From positions 35,030,001 through 35,094,000 of the forward strand of contig OZ024753.1 in NCBI GenBank assembly GCA_964016885.1: a stretch of DNA of 64,000 nucleotides, given 5' to 3'. The translations under genes were made by a program, and so were the position numbers. Below are positions 12,243 through 25,477 of this stretch, piece by piece; position 1 is the stretch's first letter; each line of letters opens with the position of its first letter. Source of the stretch: Eledone cirrhosa. Taxonomy: Eukaryota. The notes beneath the pieces are model-generated. The model searched no databases and was not told where the DNA came from. It worked only from the letters and a program-made list of their open reading frames with translations.

Positions 12243-12418
12243 GGTGATGATGGTTATGGTGCTGCTGCTGATGATGATGATGGTGATGATGATGGTGATG
12301 GTGATGGTGATGATGGTGATGATGGTGATGATGATGATGATGATGGTGATGGTGATGATGGTGATGATGATGATGGTGATGATGATGATTGTGACGATAA
12401 TGATTGGTGATGATGGTT

Positions 12419-12469
<51 letters not shown>

Positions 12470-12572
12470 GTGATGATTGTGACGATAATGATGGCGATGA
12501 TGAGGCTGATGAGGCTGATGAGGCTGATGATGATGATGATGATGAGGCTGATGAGGCTGATGATGATGATGA
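11788..12572. repeat. (GAT/GGT)n microsatellite with three ~195-bp higher-order units
   Basis: Marker GGTTATGGTGCTGCTGCT recurs at ~11862, 12060 and 12252. Confidence 0.95.
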
Positions 12573-12990
12573 TTTAATAACATTTTTAAAAAGAGACATA
12601 TTTTGGAACTATCGTCCTTTCATTACATTTTCTCTTTTTATCAATGTCATATAGCAATATATGTCAGCATATCTCTCCTTCTTCTTCTTCTTCTTCTTCT
12701 TCTTCTTCTTCTTCTTCTTCTTCTTCTTCTTCTCCTCCTCCTCCTCCTCCTCCTCCTCCTTCTCTTCAAGAGTATCATAGAGGCAGCAGAGTCCTCACAC
12801 ATGCCATCCAGAGGGCACTATCAGTAACAACCATTCTTCTCCCCCGTCCTCCCACCACCCTCCCACCACCACCACCACCACACTCTCATACACGAAATAT
12901 TTGCCAACATTACTCAATTATTTGTAAAGGCAAAATTTGGAAGCAAAATTCAAATGCAAAATAATATATTTGCTCTTCTTTTCATAAGCT

Positions 12991-13079
12991 CAGCAGCAGC
13001 AGCAACAACAAAAACAACAACAACAACAACAACAACGACGATGACGACGACGACGACGACGACGACGACAACAACAACA

Positions 13080-13111
<32 letters not shown>

Positions 13112-13198
13112 AACAACAACAACAACAGCGACGACGACGACAACAACAACAAACGACGACGACGACGACGACGACGACAACAACAACAACAACAACAA

Positions 13199-13230
<32 letters not shown>

Positions 13231-13625
13231 AACAACAACAACAACAGCGACGACGACGACGACGACAACAACAACGACAATAACAAACGACGACGACGAC
13301 GACAACAACAACAACAACAACAAACGACGACGACGACGACGACAACAACAACAACAACAACAAACGACGACGACGACGACAACAACAACAACAACAACAA
13401 ACGACGACGACGACGACAACAACAACAACGATAACGACGACGACGACGACAACAACAACAACGATAACGACGACGACGACAACAACAATAACAACGATAA
13501 CGACGACAACGACAACAACAATAACAACAACGACGACGACAACGACAACAACGACAACGATAACGATAACAACGACGACGACAACAACAACGATACGACG
13601 ACGACGACGACAACGACAACAACAA
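12991..13625. repeat. (CAA/CGA)n compound microsatellite
   Basis: Directly visible. Confidence 0.95.
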
Positions 13626-13943
13626 AAAAAAAAGAAAAGAAAAAGAAAAATGATACACTGAATAATTTCTTTTCCTTTTTTTTTATTTCAAAAGTACACC
13701 TCAGGTATGTTCAGATTCTGATGGTGTTACCTGTGTTTATTGTAATTGCAGAGTTATCTCTTTCTTAAAGGTCAGTCATACCAAAATAGTTCATTCTATT
13801 CATGTCACATGCAAGAATCTATTAATAGATTATTGTTGGGAGGCAAGTGAATAAATTACCATATCGTTTCTGAACACACACAGAAACAAAATGGCGTAGG
13901 ATAGAAGAAAGGAAAGGCACAGAAACAAAGGAAAGGAATCCCC

Positions 13944-13988
13944 AGTCACTGAAGAGGTCACAGAGTGTGTGACGAAAGGACTATGACT
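13944..13988 (+). ncRNA. Type-I hammerhead ribozyme motif (family C)
   Basis: AGTCA-CTGAAGA-G-GTCACA(GAGTG)TGTGAC-GAAA-GGAC-TA-TGACT; perfect stems I and II, very short stem III; inside an element ending ...CCTCCCAAAGTATAACA at (TA)n. Confidence 0.65.
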
Positions 13989-14407
13989 ATATATAAACAA
14001 CTATCTGGTTGTGGAACCAACCAACCAACCAGAAATTTATAAGTTTGTAAATTTGTAAATTTATAAATTTATAAATATATAATAAATTGAAGTGAAAGCA
14101 ACTGGTGCGTGTGTTTCTTATTGGCAACATGACCCTCCCAAAGTATAACAATATATATATATATATATATATATATTGTTATATTTGGGGAGGGTCATAT
14201 TTACGTAATATTGCCAGAATTAATAACAGAACACACTCACTGTTTGGTTGGTTTTCGCTTCTCGCTGTCTTTTATATATATATATCTGCGATCTAACTTA
14301 CTCGGTCCTCAATGTTGCCATTGACTGACCGGCGGTCAAAAATAATACAATATCTGTTTCGACACACGATTTCATATAAAAAACCTCGCAAAACTAATTC
14401 ATCGCCG

Positions 14408-14466
<59 letters not shown>

Positions 14467-14511
14467 TAAACAAATAATGAATAAACAATTCCTTATATTA
14501 AACAAAAAAAG

Positions 14512-14665
14512 TTCATTATTTAACGATCGTTTCTAGGATATATATGTGTTAGAGTTGGCATGCATATTCAACAGATCTATGTACAAAATTATACAAAATT
14601 ATACAAACTATCAAGATTAAATATACATACCAACACATATATACGCCGTCTTCAGAAATAATGAA
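14512..14665 (-). ncRNA. Type-I hammerhead ribozyme with long (~115 nt) stem II (family B)
   Basis: RC: TTCATTATTT-CTGAAGA-[TATATATGTGTTGG...CTAACACATATATA long hairpin]-GAAA-CGATCG-TT-AAATAATGAA; 10-bp perfect stem I, palindromic loop 3. Confidence 0.8.
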
Positions 14666-14919
14666 ATATATTTATTGATAATAACAACAATTCAAACTTT
14701 CAGGTCCGTTTGGGAACAGAATTGACCAATGAAAATACAAAAGGTTTAATGCAGTTCGGTGTGTGTATATACATGTAACAAACCTTACACATATTTTACA
14801 AAAATGTATGCAGAACCTTTATACGCATACAAAAAGGATGGATGCAAATACAAAATTTCAAGGTTAATGTCTCTGTAAGTCTATAATGCACAGATAAGAT
14901 GCGTATAGATACATAAATA

Positions 14920-15303
14920 TGAAATAAGTGTATACACATATTTTCATACTAACACATATCAGTACAATCACACATACACGCGCGTATATGCATAGACATA
15001 CACATAAACTACGAACATACAAACACACACACATCCCCACTCACATATATATATGTGGATATAAAATCCTAAGCACATGGATATTAATTCACTCACATAA
15101 ACACTGGCACACACATTTAGATAAAGATACAGAAATTAGGTGGGAGGGGGGGGGGAGAGGTCAGTATTCAACGGTTTGGGCTGACTGCTTAATATAGATG
15201 TATCTATAAGCTAAGAAAATAAAGAATAATAAATAATAAATAAACATTAAAAAGGAAAGAAAAGAAAAAGAAAAAAGAAAAAAGAAAAAAGAAATATATC
15301 AAG

Positions 15304-15361
<58 letters not shown>

Positions 15362-15368
15362 TATATAC

Positions 15369-15399
<31 letters not shown>

Positions 15400-15549
15400 C
15401 ACACACACACACACATATATATACATACACATATACAAACACATACATACATATACACACGTCCACACTTAGAACATACATACACACACATATATAAACA
15501 TATACATATACACACATACATACATATACACACATACATATAAATACAC

Positions 15550-15612
<63 letters not shown>

Positions 15613-15935
15613 CACTCATACATACACATATAATCACACATACTATATAGACACACATATATATACACACATACACACACATATACATACATTTACATAC
15701 ATATATACATACAGATATACACATACATACCTATATATACACACAAATACATACAGACATATATACATACATACAGACAAATACTTACGCATCTATATAT
15801 CGGTATATACATACAAACACCACTACACTCTCACATAACTCAGACATACAAAGAAAAAGGTATATACCCATACACATATACATATACAAATAGAGAAACA
15901 TATACATATATATATACATATATACACACATATAT

Positions 15936-16001
<66 letters not shown>

Positions 16002-16221
16002 GTATACATATACACACATACACATATACACATACATATACATACATACATGTACACACACATAGATATACATATACACACACATACACACATACACATA
16101 CATACATAGTCATACACACACATATACCTACACGAACATACACATATACATATACAAAGATATATATAGACACACTCACACACATACACACATACACATA
16201 TATATAAAAAAAATAAAATAA

Positions 16222-16314
<93 letters not shown>

Positions 16315-16647
16315 CATATACATGCATACACACATACATAGACATATATGTACATACATACATATACATAGATACATACACACACATACATACATATATA
16401 TATATACACACATAGACATATACATACATACACACACAACATACATACACACATATATACTCATACATAGAATTAGATATATAATCATACATACATACGC
16501 ACTTACATATACTCATATATACACATACAAACGCATCCATATATGCGTATATACATAGAAACACCACTACACCCTCACCCAACTCAGACATACAAAGAAA
16601 AAGGCATATACATATACATATATACACGCATTAATAGAGATATATAT

Positions 16648-16689
<42 letters not shown>

Positions 16690-17275
16690 ACTTATATACA
16701 TATACCCACACACACATACAACCATAAATACACATACAAACACCCACATATATATATATATACACATATATATATATATACACACACATAAAAAACAGAC
16801 ATGCACATATATATATTTTTATTTTTTTACACATATATATACACATATATATACACATACACACCCTCACATATACACATACACATAAGTTATATTATAA
16901 TAATAAATAATATATATATATATACACATACATATATATATATATACATACACATATACATATATATATATATATATATACACACATACGAATATAGACA
17001 TATATACACACATAGATATATATACACATATACATACACATACATATACACACACACACATATACACATTCACATATATATATATATATATGTGTGTGCA
17101 CACACACACATATATATATACATACACACATATACGCATAAACACATATATGTGTATACATGCACACACACACATATATCCACATAGATACGAAGATAGA
17201 CGTATAAATAGAGAGACATACATATATATACACACACACATATACATACATCCATACACACACATATATATATAT

Positions 17276-17322
<47 letters not shown>

Positions 17323-17530
17323 TATATATACACATACAGACATACACATACACACACATATACACATGCATATATACACATATACACATACATACACACA
17401 TATATATATACACACACAATCATACATTCTTATTTGCATGCGCATATATGTATTTTTATATTCAGATATAAATACCCAAATATATATACACACCTACCTA
17501 TATATATATTCATACATACACGCCTACAAA
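14920..17530. repeat. Compound (TA)n/(CA)n/(TACA)n microsatellite field with an internal ~745-bp duplication
   Basis: ACACCACTACAC..CTCAGACATACAAAGAAAAAGG occurs at ~15815 and ~16560. Confidence 0.9.
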
Positions 17531-18659
17531 CACAGATGATAATAGTATGGGGGAAAGGGGGGGGGGGGTTAGAGAAGGGGAATATAGTAAATATATGTTT
17601 CAAGAAACATAGAATATTATCCATATCTATATCCAATGTATGTTTTTACATAGTATCAGTGTTAGGAAATACAATAAACAAGAAATAAGGCAAAATTTAT
17701 GCATTTCAAAATAAATAAGTATACCATTAATTATATGTTAACTAAACTAAAGATAGTTAACATATTGATTTCTAAGGTGTAAATTAGTTAGGTTTATAAT
17801 ATTTGAAGCAGAATTTTGAAGTTAAATAGTAGTAGAGTATTAATTATAGTATAACTAAATTAAAGTTAATAACTTTATGGTATCAATATTAGGAAATGAA
17901 TTTAGTAATAGGGAAAAAACAAATAAAGTATTACATCGGTAGTAGAATATAAAATGTGGGTTAATTAAATTAAAAATTATATATTTATTTCTATAGTATA
18001 TGTTAATTATGTATATAATAAATAAAACAGATATTGTATTTTATCAATAGCAGAATATAATTATATGCAAATAGAAATCAAAATTAATACATATACATAT
18101 ACATATACATACACATATATATATACATATATATACATATATATATACATATATACACATATACATACGCACACACATACACATACACATATACATATAC
18201 ATATTTTTTCAAAAATTGCAAAGAATATATTAACTAGGTATAAATCCAAAACACATCCCATTCTATGATTAGATGACATTCTGCAATTCGTCTGTATAAG
18301 GATATTAATTTTAAGCCAATTAAATTAAATTTTTAGGTTGATTAAAATTAAAACCAAATTATAAATATATTTCTAAAATGTATATTAATTAGGTCTATAA
18401 TACTAAAAATTAATTCTCTGTCATTGGATACACGATATTTTGTTATATTTTATCTGTAAAAGAATTATAATAAAAGGTTTAAATAAATTAAAATTAATCT
18501 ATAAATTAAATTACTAAGTATATATTAGTAATATTTAAAGGTTTTTCACAATATATGATTACATAATATTTTATATTCTCATCTGTAATAGAATTTTAAT
18601 TAAATTAAATTTATAGGTTAACTAACATTTAAATTAAATTAATTTCAAAAATAATGTTA

Positions 18660-18957
18660 TTAATTAGGTTTATAATATTTAAATGTTTTTTTTAGTTTAT
18701 GATTACACGATATAATTAATTCCTGTCGTTTATTTAATAGGATATCCTTAGATTTCATTATTTCAAATAGTTCTTGGGAACATAATCTACATTCATTTCT
18801 ATTATTTTGATAAGGGGTGGCTCTTTTGAGCACACTCCAGGTCAAATCATATTCTATATTCTTATTTTTATAACTATTGATTTTTTCTGCTAGAGATGTT
18901 GTATTAGCCAGTGCGGCATTTTTAAAACTATGCTTGTGGGTATTAAACCTTGTCTCT
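18660..18957 (-). pseudogene. Penelope-like element GIY-YIG endonuclease C-terminal half (Cys/His-finger type), 5'-truncated at (TA)n
   Basis: Open frame IETRFNTHKHSFKN..TTSLAEKI..KNKNIEYDLTWSVLKRATPY..CRLCSQE..LLNKRQELIISCNHK..stop. Confidence 0.85.
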
Positions 18958-19148
18958 ATATATATATATATGCAAAAGTTCTATTTAAATTGTTGGGATA
19001 CAACAAGCAAATATTTTTATAACTGATATAAAGCACTCGACAAGTATTTGGAGTAAATATACGATATTAACAAATGGTGTCTTCCAAAAGTAACGGTTGC
19101 ATTTTGAAAGGGTACGTCAATGTTTATTTATAAAACTGGTATATATTG

Positions 19149-19213
19149 TATTTTGTCTGATGAAGGCATACCATAATTTAAAATGGTATCCTTGAAATAT
19201 GTATAATAAAATA
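19149..19213 (+). ncRNA. Type-I hammerhead ribozyme (family A)
   Basis: TATTTTGT-CTGATGA-AGG.C.ATACCAT(loop)ATGGTAT.C.CTT-GAAA-TATGTA-TA-ATAAAATA; within an element 18970-19258 with inverted arms TATACGATATTAACAAATGG / CCATTTGTTAATATCGTATA. Confidence 0.85.
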
Positions 19214-19447
19214 AATATGGTTTTATAAATATAGTTTCCATTTGTTAATATCGTATATATATATATATATATATATATATCTGGTGATATGCATGTAAGT
19301 AAATATTCTCTTTATCTGATATTTTGTAACTAACCTTACATAGATCAATAACGGAGTATAGCTATAATGTATTATCATCATCTAGAAACGACCGTAAAGC
19401 AGTGAAGTATATCTCTAATGACTTGATTTTTTATTTCATTGTTTTAA

Positions 19448-19487
<40 letters not shown>

Positions 19488-19577
19488 GGAGGTGAGTTTT
19501 ATTGTAGTACAATAAAGCAATGCAGATATCGGATAAGAAGGACTCTACAGTTTGTAGGACTGGAGTATACTTGATCT

Positions 19578-19623
<46 letters not shown>

Positions 19624-19634
19624 TTTATAGAAGG

Positions 19635-19685
19635 AGCTTCTACAGGACTAGTACTGTTTCATTCAGATGAAATCTTCAGGAAGCT
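19635..19685 (-). ncRNA. Type-I hammerhead ribozyme (family D)
   Basis: RC: AGCTTC-CTGAAGA-TTTCATCTGAAT-GAAA-CAG(TACTAGTC)CTG-TA-GAAGCT; GUA cleavage triplet. Confidence 0.8.
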
Positions 19686-19837
19686 GGGTGTCATATTAAG
19701 TTCTGGTATTTATACATTTAGGTAGTGGCAAGGGAGGGGGGTGGATGGGGGGGGGGGGTATTTAGATACACAGGACCACTACATGGCACAGGCCGTTTTT
19801 TCTATGGGGAGTAGTCAATTAGCCAGAGTGCTTTTTT

Positions 19838-20075
19838 GAAATAAATAAATAAATAAATGAATAAATAAATAGATAAATGAATAAATAAATAAAATAAATA
19901 AAGAAATAAATAAAAAATAAATAAATAAAAACCCCAAGAATAGTAATTCAACAGATATCTGTTGAATTACTATTCTTGGGGTTTTTATTTATTTATTTTT
20001 TATTTATTTCTTTATTTATTTTATTTATTTATTCATTTATCTATTTATTTATTCATTTATTTATTTATTTACTTA
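19838..20075. repeat. Near-perfect spacerless palindrome (~240 bp) centred on CAGAT|ATCTG
   Basis: CCCCAAGAATAGTAATTCAACAGAT|ATCTGTTGAATTACTATTCTTGGGG, extending into mirrored (AAAT)n variants. Confidence 0.9.
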
Positions 20076-20481
20076 TTTATTTATTTATTTATTTATTTTG
20101 AAATAAATAAATTTATTTTTTGTTTTGTGCGACTTTATGTGCGCGTTTTTGTACGCTTCTATGTACACTTTTTGTGCGCTTTTATGCGCGCGTTTTTCTG
20201 CACTTTCATGTACAATTTATGTGCGCTTTTATGTGCGCGTATTTGTGCGCTTTTATGTGCGCGTTTTTTTTGCGTGCTTTTATGTGCACTGTTTGTGCGT
20301 TTTATGTGCGCGTTTTGTACAATTTTATGTATGCGTTTTAGCGACCTCTTAGGCGATTTAGCGACCTCTTTCTATAATTGTTAGTCTTTCTTTTTAGATA
20401 GATACATAGATATAACGTTGCGCCCTTATAATATCTGTCTGTATGTCTGGCTCACTGCATTACGACATTATGACGTCGCTA

Positions 20482-20595
<114 letters not shown>

Positions 20596-20598
20596 GTG

Positions 20599-20659
<61 letters not shown>

Positions 20660-20709
20660 TGTAACGTTTATCGAAATATTTACTTCTGCATTCACAGATT
20701 GATTTTTTT

Positions 20710-20760
20710 AGTTTCAGAAGATCCCGTTAAGGGTGAAAGCAGCGATTCTTTGCTTAAACT
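20710..20760 (+). ncRNA. Type-I hammerhead-like motif with variant core CAGAAGA (family D-like)
   Basis: AGTTT-CAGAAGA-TCCC(GTTAA)GGGT-GAAA-GCA(GCGATTCTT)TGC-TT-AAACT; all three stems pair. Confidence 0.6.
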
Positions 20761-20771
20761 TTAATCTGTTA

Positions 20772-20819
<48 letters not shown>

Positions 20820-20944
20820 GTATATATATATATATATAATTATATATTCGTGTACAGATAGTGTTTCATACACAATAACAAAATATAAACAAAAGTATTT
20901 ATTTCACGAGGCTCGATAAGGATAAATATATATCAAATATATAA

Positions 20945-20978
20945 GAACCCTAGAGCAACGCCGGGCCATTCTGCTAGT
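20945..20978 (+). mobile_element. Helitron-like 3' terminus
   Basis: GC-rich imperfect hairpin CCCTAGAGCAACGCCGGG followed ~10 nt later by CTAG|T. Confidence 0.55.
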
Positions 20979-21092
20979 ATATATATATATATCCAGGGAA
21001 TGTAACTTGGAGTTACTGTAAGTTCACCCGGGTGAGCACTCGATGTTTAGGTTCACTTCAGTGTCGAGGTGTAGAGCTAGACAGAGTGTATT

Positions 21093-21323
21093 ATAGTGAA
21101 AAGATAACAAGAACGATTGATTACTCCTTCATAACATTTATTTGTTGGTGACGCGCGTTTTTTTTTTCTACTAGCATTTCAAGGGGTCCGACAAGCGGTA
21201 GATTACAGAGTCGGGTAAGATCGATACAGATCGAACCTTGAGCTGATCAGTGGCGAAACGCACGTCACCGACCAATAATTGTTATGAAGGAGTAACCAAT
21301 CGTCCTTGTTATCTTTTCACTAT
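21093..21323. mobile_element. Inverted-arm element carrying hammerhead 3' halves (PLE pLTR-like)
   Basis: ~68-bp inverted arms; right arm has GAAACGCACGTC, left arm RC has AAAACGCGCGTC; lies between (TA)n tracts. Confidence 0.6.
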
Positions 21324-22209
21324 ATATATGGTTATCTTTGTATATATGTGTTGGGTGTATGTATGCATATATATATATTGAGAGAGAGAGAGAGAGAGAG
21401 GGGGGGGGGTGAGTAGCAGAAGGCCATCTTTAGCTTTCCATGCAATAGGAAATACCACAGGAAGAATGTAACCTTTCAACTGTGTATTATAATAGTCAAT
21501 TGATGGTGTCTTTTGACTATGTACAAAATCAACATTTCATATAAAGGGAATATAGATAATTAACTACAATATATTGCAAGTATTTATTCTATTGAAATAC
21601 ACCCAGTACATTTTGTAAAGTGGTTGGCGATAGGAAGGGCATCCAGCCATAGAAAACATGCCAAATAAAGGGCTGGGAGGACCCTTTAGTTGTGTCAAGG
21701 ACATGACAACCTCTCTAGTGCCGCTAGTTTACTTGATAAACACATCCAGTACATGATGTAAAGTGGTTGGTGTTAGGGAGAACATCAAGCTGTAGAAAGC
21801 TTGCCAAACAAGGTATTGAGAGGACCCTACAGTCTGTGTCAAAAGACAAGTCAGCTTCTGTGCACTTGATAGAACATATGATTGTATCTAAGTGAGATGC
21901 AGACCCCCCCCCCCCACCCCCACCCAGTCTGTCTGGGAGCTCAGTAGTCCCACTTTAGTACTGACTTGGTCTATCTATGTAGACACATCCAACCCTTGCT
22001 AGGAGGGAAAGTGTACATTAAACAATGATGACGAGGGTAATGATTTCACAAATGTAAGTGTAGTTGATGTTAGAGTATTAGATTGAATACTTTGCAGTAT
22101 TCAATCTGGTTCTCTGCTTTCTGAGATCAAACCTAACAAAGATCAGTAGTGGCTTTGATCTTTTGGGGTGTATCGATATATAAATTTGAGCGCCTTATAT
22201 CCATCCTTC

Positions 22210-23780
22210 CGTCACACACTAGAGATGACTGAGGAAGAAAGGGGTGATGATATCACACACTAGAAATGACTGAGGAAGGAAGGGGTGATGATATCACACA
22301 CGGGAGATAACTGAGGAAGGAAGGGGGTGGTGATATCACACACTAGAGATGACCTAGGAAGGAGTGAGGATATCACACACTAGAGATGACTGAGGAAGGA
22401 AGGGGTGATGATATCACACACTAGAAATGACTGAGGAAGGAAGGGGTGATGATATCACACACGGGAGATAACTGAGGAAGGAAGGGGGTGGTGATATCAC
22501 ACACTAGAGATGACCTAGGAAGGAAGGAGTGAGGATATCACACACTAGAGATGACTGAGGAAGGAAGGGGTGATGATATCACACACGAGAAATGACTGAG
22601 GAAGGAAGGGGTGATGATATCACACACGGGAGATAACTGAGGGAGGAAGGGGGGTGATGATATCACACACTAGAGATGACCTAGGAAGGAAGGGGTGATG
22701 ATATCACACACGGGAGATAACTGAGGAAGGAAGGGGTGATGATATCACACACGGGAGATAACTGAGGAAGGAAGGGGGTGGTGATATCACACACTAGAGA
22801 TGACCTAGGAAGGAAGGAAGGAGTGAGGATATCACACACTAGAGATGACTGACGAAGGAAGGGGGTGGTGATATCACACACTAGAGATGACCTAGGAAGG
22901 AAGGAGTGAGGATATCACACACTAGAGATGACTGAGGAAGGAAGGGGGTGATGATATCACACACTAGAAATGACTGAGGAAGGAAGGGGTGATGATATCA
23001 CACACGGGAGATAACTGAGGAAGGAAGGGGGGTGATGATATCACACACTAGAGATGACCTAGGAAGGAAGGGGTGATGATATCACACACGGGAGATAACT
23101 GAGGAAGGAAGGGGTGATGATATCACACACTAGAGATGACCTAGGAAGGAAGGAGTGAGGATATCACACACTAGAGATGACTGAGGAAGGAAGGGGTGAT
23201 GATATCACACACTAGAGATGACCTAGGAAGGAAGGAGTGAGGATATCACACACTAGAGATGACTGAGGAAGGAAGGGGGTGATGATATCACACACTAGAA
23301 ATGACTGAGGAAGGAAGGGGTGATGATATCACACACGGGAGATAACTGAGGAAGGAAGGGGGGTGATGATATCACACACTAGAGATGACCTAGGAAGGAA
23401 GGGGTGATGATATCACACACGGGAGATAACTGAGGAAGGAAGGGGTGATGATATCACACACTAGAGATGACCTAGGAAGGAAGGAGTGAGGATATCACAC
23501 ACTAGAGATGACTGACGAAGGAAGGAGTGAGGATATCACACACTAGAGATGACTGAGGAAGGAAGGGGTGATGATATCACACACTAGAGATGACCTAGGA
23601 AGGAAGGGGTGAGGATATCACACACTAGAGATGACTGACGAAGGAAGGAGTGAGGATATCACACACTAGAGATGACTGAGGAAGGAAGGGGTGATGATAT
23701 CACACACTAGAGATGACCTAGGAAGGAAGGAGTGAGGATATCACACACTAGAGATGACTGACGAAGGAAGGGGTGATGAC
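22210..23780. repeat. ~41-bp purine-rich minisatellite, ~38 copies, with recurring variant order
   Basis: GATATCACACACTAGAGATGACTGAGGAAGGAAGGGGTGAT and variants (ACGGGAGATAAC, GACCTAGG, AGAAATG). Confidence 0.95.
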
Positions 23781-23859
23781 AGTGACAGACTACAGAAAAC
23801 AGCGTGTAACGTTCACAACACTTGTGTGTACAAAGTAAATAAAAAAGCAGTCTAAGTAA

Positions 23860-24040
23860 TAGTTGTTTCTACTTTTGGCACAAGGCCAGCAATTACCCAG
23901 TACATTACTGGTACTTTATTTTATCGACCCCGTAAGGATGAAAGGCAAAGTTAACCTCGGCGGGATTTGAACTCAGAATGGCAAGGGCAGTAACTCTATG
24001 CGTCAAAGCATGGCGTCCAACTCACTACCGATACTGCCAA
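23860..24040 (-). mobile_element. S1 SINE
   Basis: Full S1 core and head. Confidence 0.8.
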
Positions 24041-24489
24041 ATAGTGCTAGAGTGGTGAGTAAGAGATTACTTATCAATGAACCAAGTCCATAACCTGGTT
24101 TTAATCATTGATAAACGGTTTTCGTTTTTTTTTTTTTGTTTGTTTGTTTGTTTGTTAACAGTTCTAATGATCTGGAGAAGGGAGATATTATTACACTATC
24201 TCATCAATATCTAGCCTATAAGTTTGTGTACAAGGTGCAGTAATTCCACTGAGCTGTGCAGTTAAAGTATTCACTTCACAATCTCATGGTTTTGGATTCA
24301 ATCCCACTGTATGATCCCCTCGTGCATATGTCTTTAACTAGAGCTTCTGCCTTTTATCCTTGCGGGGTCGATAAAATAAAGTACCAGTAATGCACTGAGG
24401 TCGATTTAATCAACTTTACTCCCCACCCACCCACCAAGTTTTTGACCTTGTGTCTAAATCAGAAACCATTCTTATTATGTTTTTATTTG

Positions 24490-24700
24490 GGCGGGGTATT
24501 GACAGAATCGGTAGAGTGTCGGACAAAATGCTTGGCGGTATTTAGTTTCGACTTCTTACGTTCTGAGTTCAAATCCCACCAAGACCAACTTTGCCTTTCA
24601 TCCTTCTGGGGTCGATAAAACAAAGTAAAGCACTGAGATCGATATTATTGACTTTCTTCTTCCTCCATGTTGATGATCTGGTGTCAATATTATAAATAAC
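24490..24700 (+). mobile_element. S1 SINE
   Basis: TGACAGAATCGGTAGAGTG (A-box-like)...GAGTTCAAATCCC (B-box-like)...CCTTTCATCCTTCTGGGGTCGATAAAA. Confidence 0.75.
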
Positions 24701-25477
24701 TATTTACACCCACCATACAGCTGGGTGTAATAGGGAAAAATGGGTAATTTTGTGAGTTGTTAGTCGATAGGTTTGGGTAGAATTTCGAAGGTGAAAGTTA
24801 CGTTTAAAACGGCTAAAAATAACTTTTTCTGTATTTAACCCTCACTCTAACCCTAACCATAACCCAACCCTGTAATTCCAGAACTCCACAATTCTCGTCT
24901 CCGAGTCAGATGTAATAGTAAACATTTACGAAGAATTTAACGAATCAATCGGTAAATTACATTTTTCAGCCTGTGATGTATAAGACATTGAAAGGAGTTG
25001 GTTCACTGACAATGAGGTTATTTTCAATGTTAGCTGCTCGTCGCCACTAAATTATTCAGAGAACAACTTCTTTCAAGTATATATGTATTTTCTTTCATTT
25101 TTTAACTAAGTTTTATTGAATTTGTTTTCTTTTGTAAATTATATCCATTATTTGAAATTTTATTCACAGTTGTATAAAAAGAAATATAAATACTACAATG
25201 TTTACAGAAAGAAAGCACAAACAAACGACTCGAACGTCATAGGCTGCATTATATAGACGAATAGTTGTTTCATGTATTAAGAATAAAAATGAATAAGTTC
25301 CCCAAGTGTTCCATTTAACGATGTCATCAAGACCTACAAAGAAGAAACTTATTTCACAAAATTTCGAAGTTAAGACTTCTAGTATATATGACGAAATAGT
25401 ATCTCTGGAAATGGGTAGCAAGTTATCTCCCTTTCACCATATCAGTGCTTTCCTTGCCTGCAGAATGGCGTTATGAT

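Noticed and set aside
11763-13658. Long poly-D/M/H/T/S ORFs
   Set aside because: Translations of trinucleotide microsatellites; no splice or domain support.
13725-13860. Possible 5' UTR exon of the MRH gene (minus donor CAG|gtaaca at ~13730)
   Set aside because: A single donor-like motif is insufficient evidence.
14928-18279. Many YI/CV/HT-repeat ORFs (also 20418-20695, 36347-36990, 51851-52548)
   Set aside because: Dinucleotide repeats lack stop codons; artefacts.
22210-23780. CRISPR-like appearance of the regular repeats (also 44888-45353, 63038-63842)
   Set aside because: No unique spacers, no cas genes, eukaryotic context; these are minisatellites.
24836-24870. TAACCC telomere-like repeats
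   Set aside because: Only a few degenerate units; probably internal to a repeat element.
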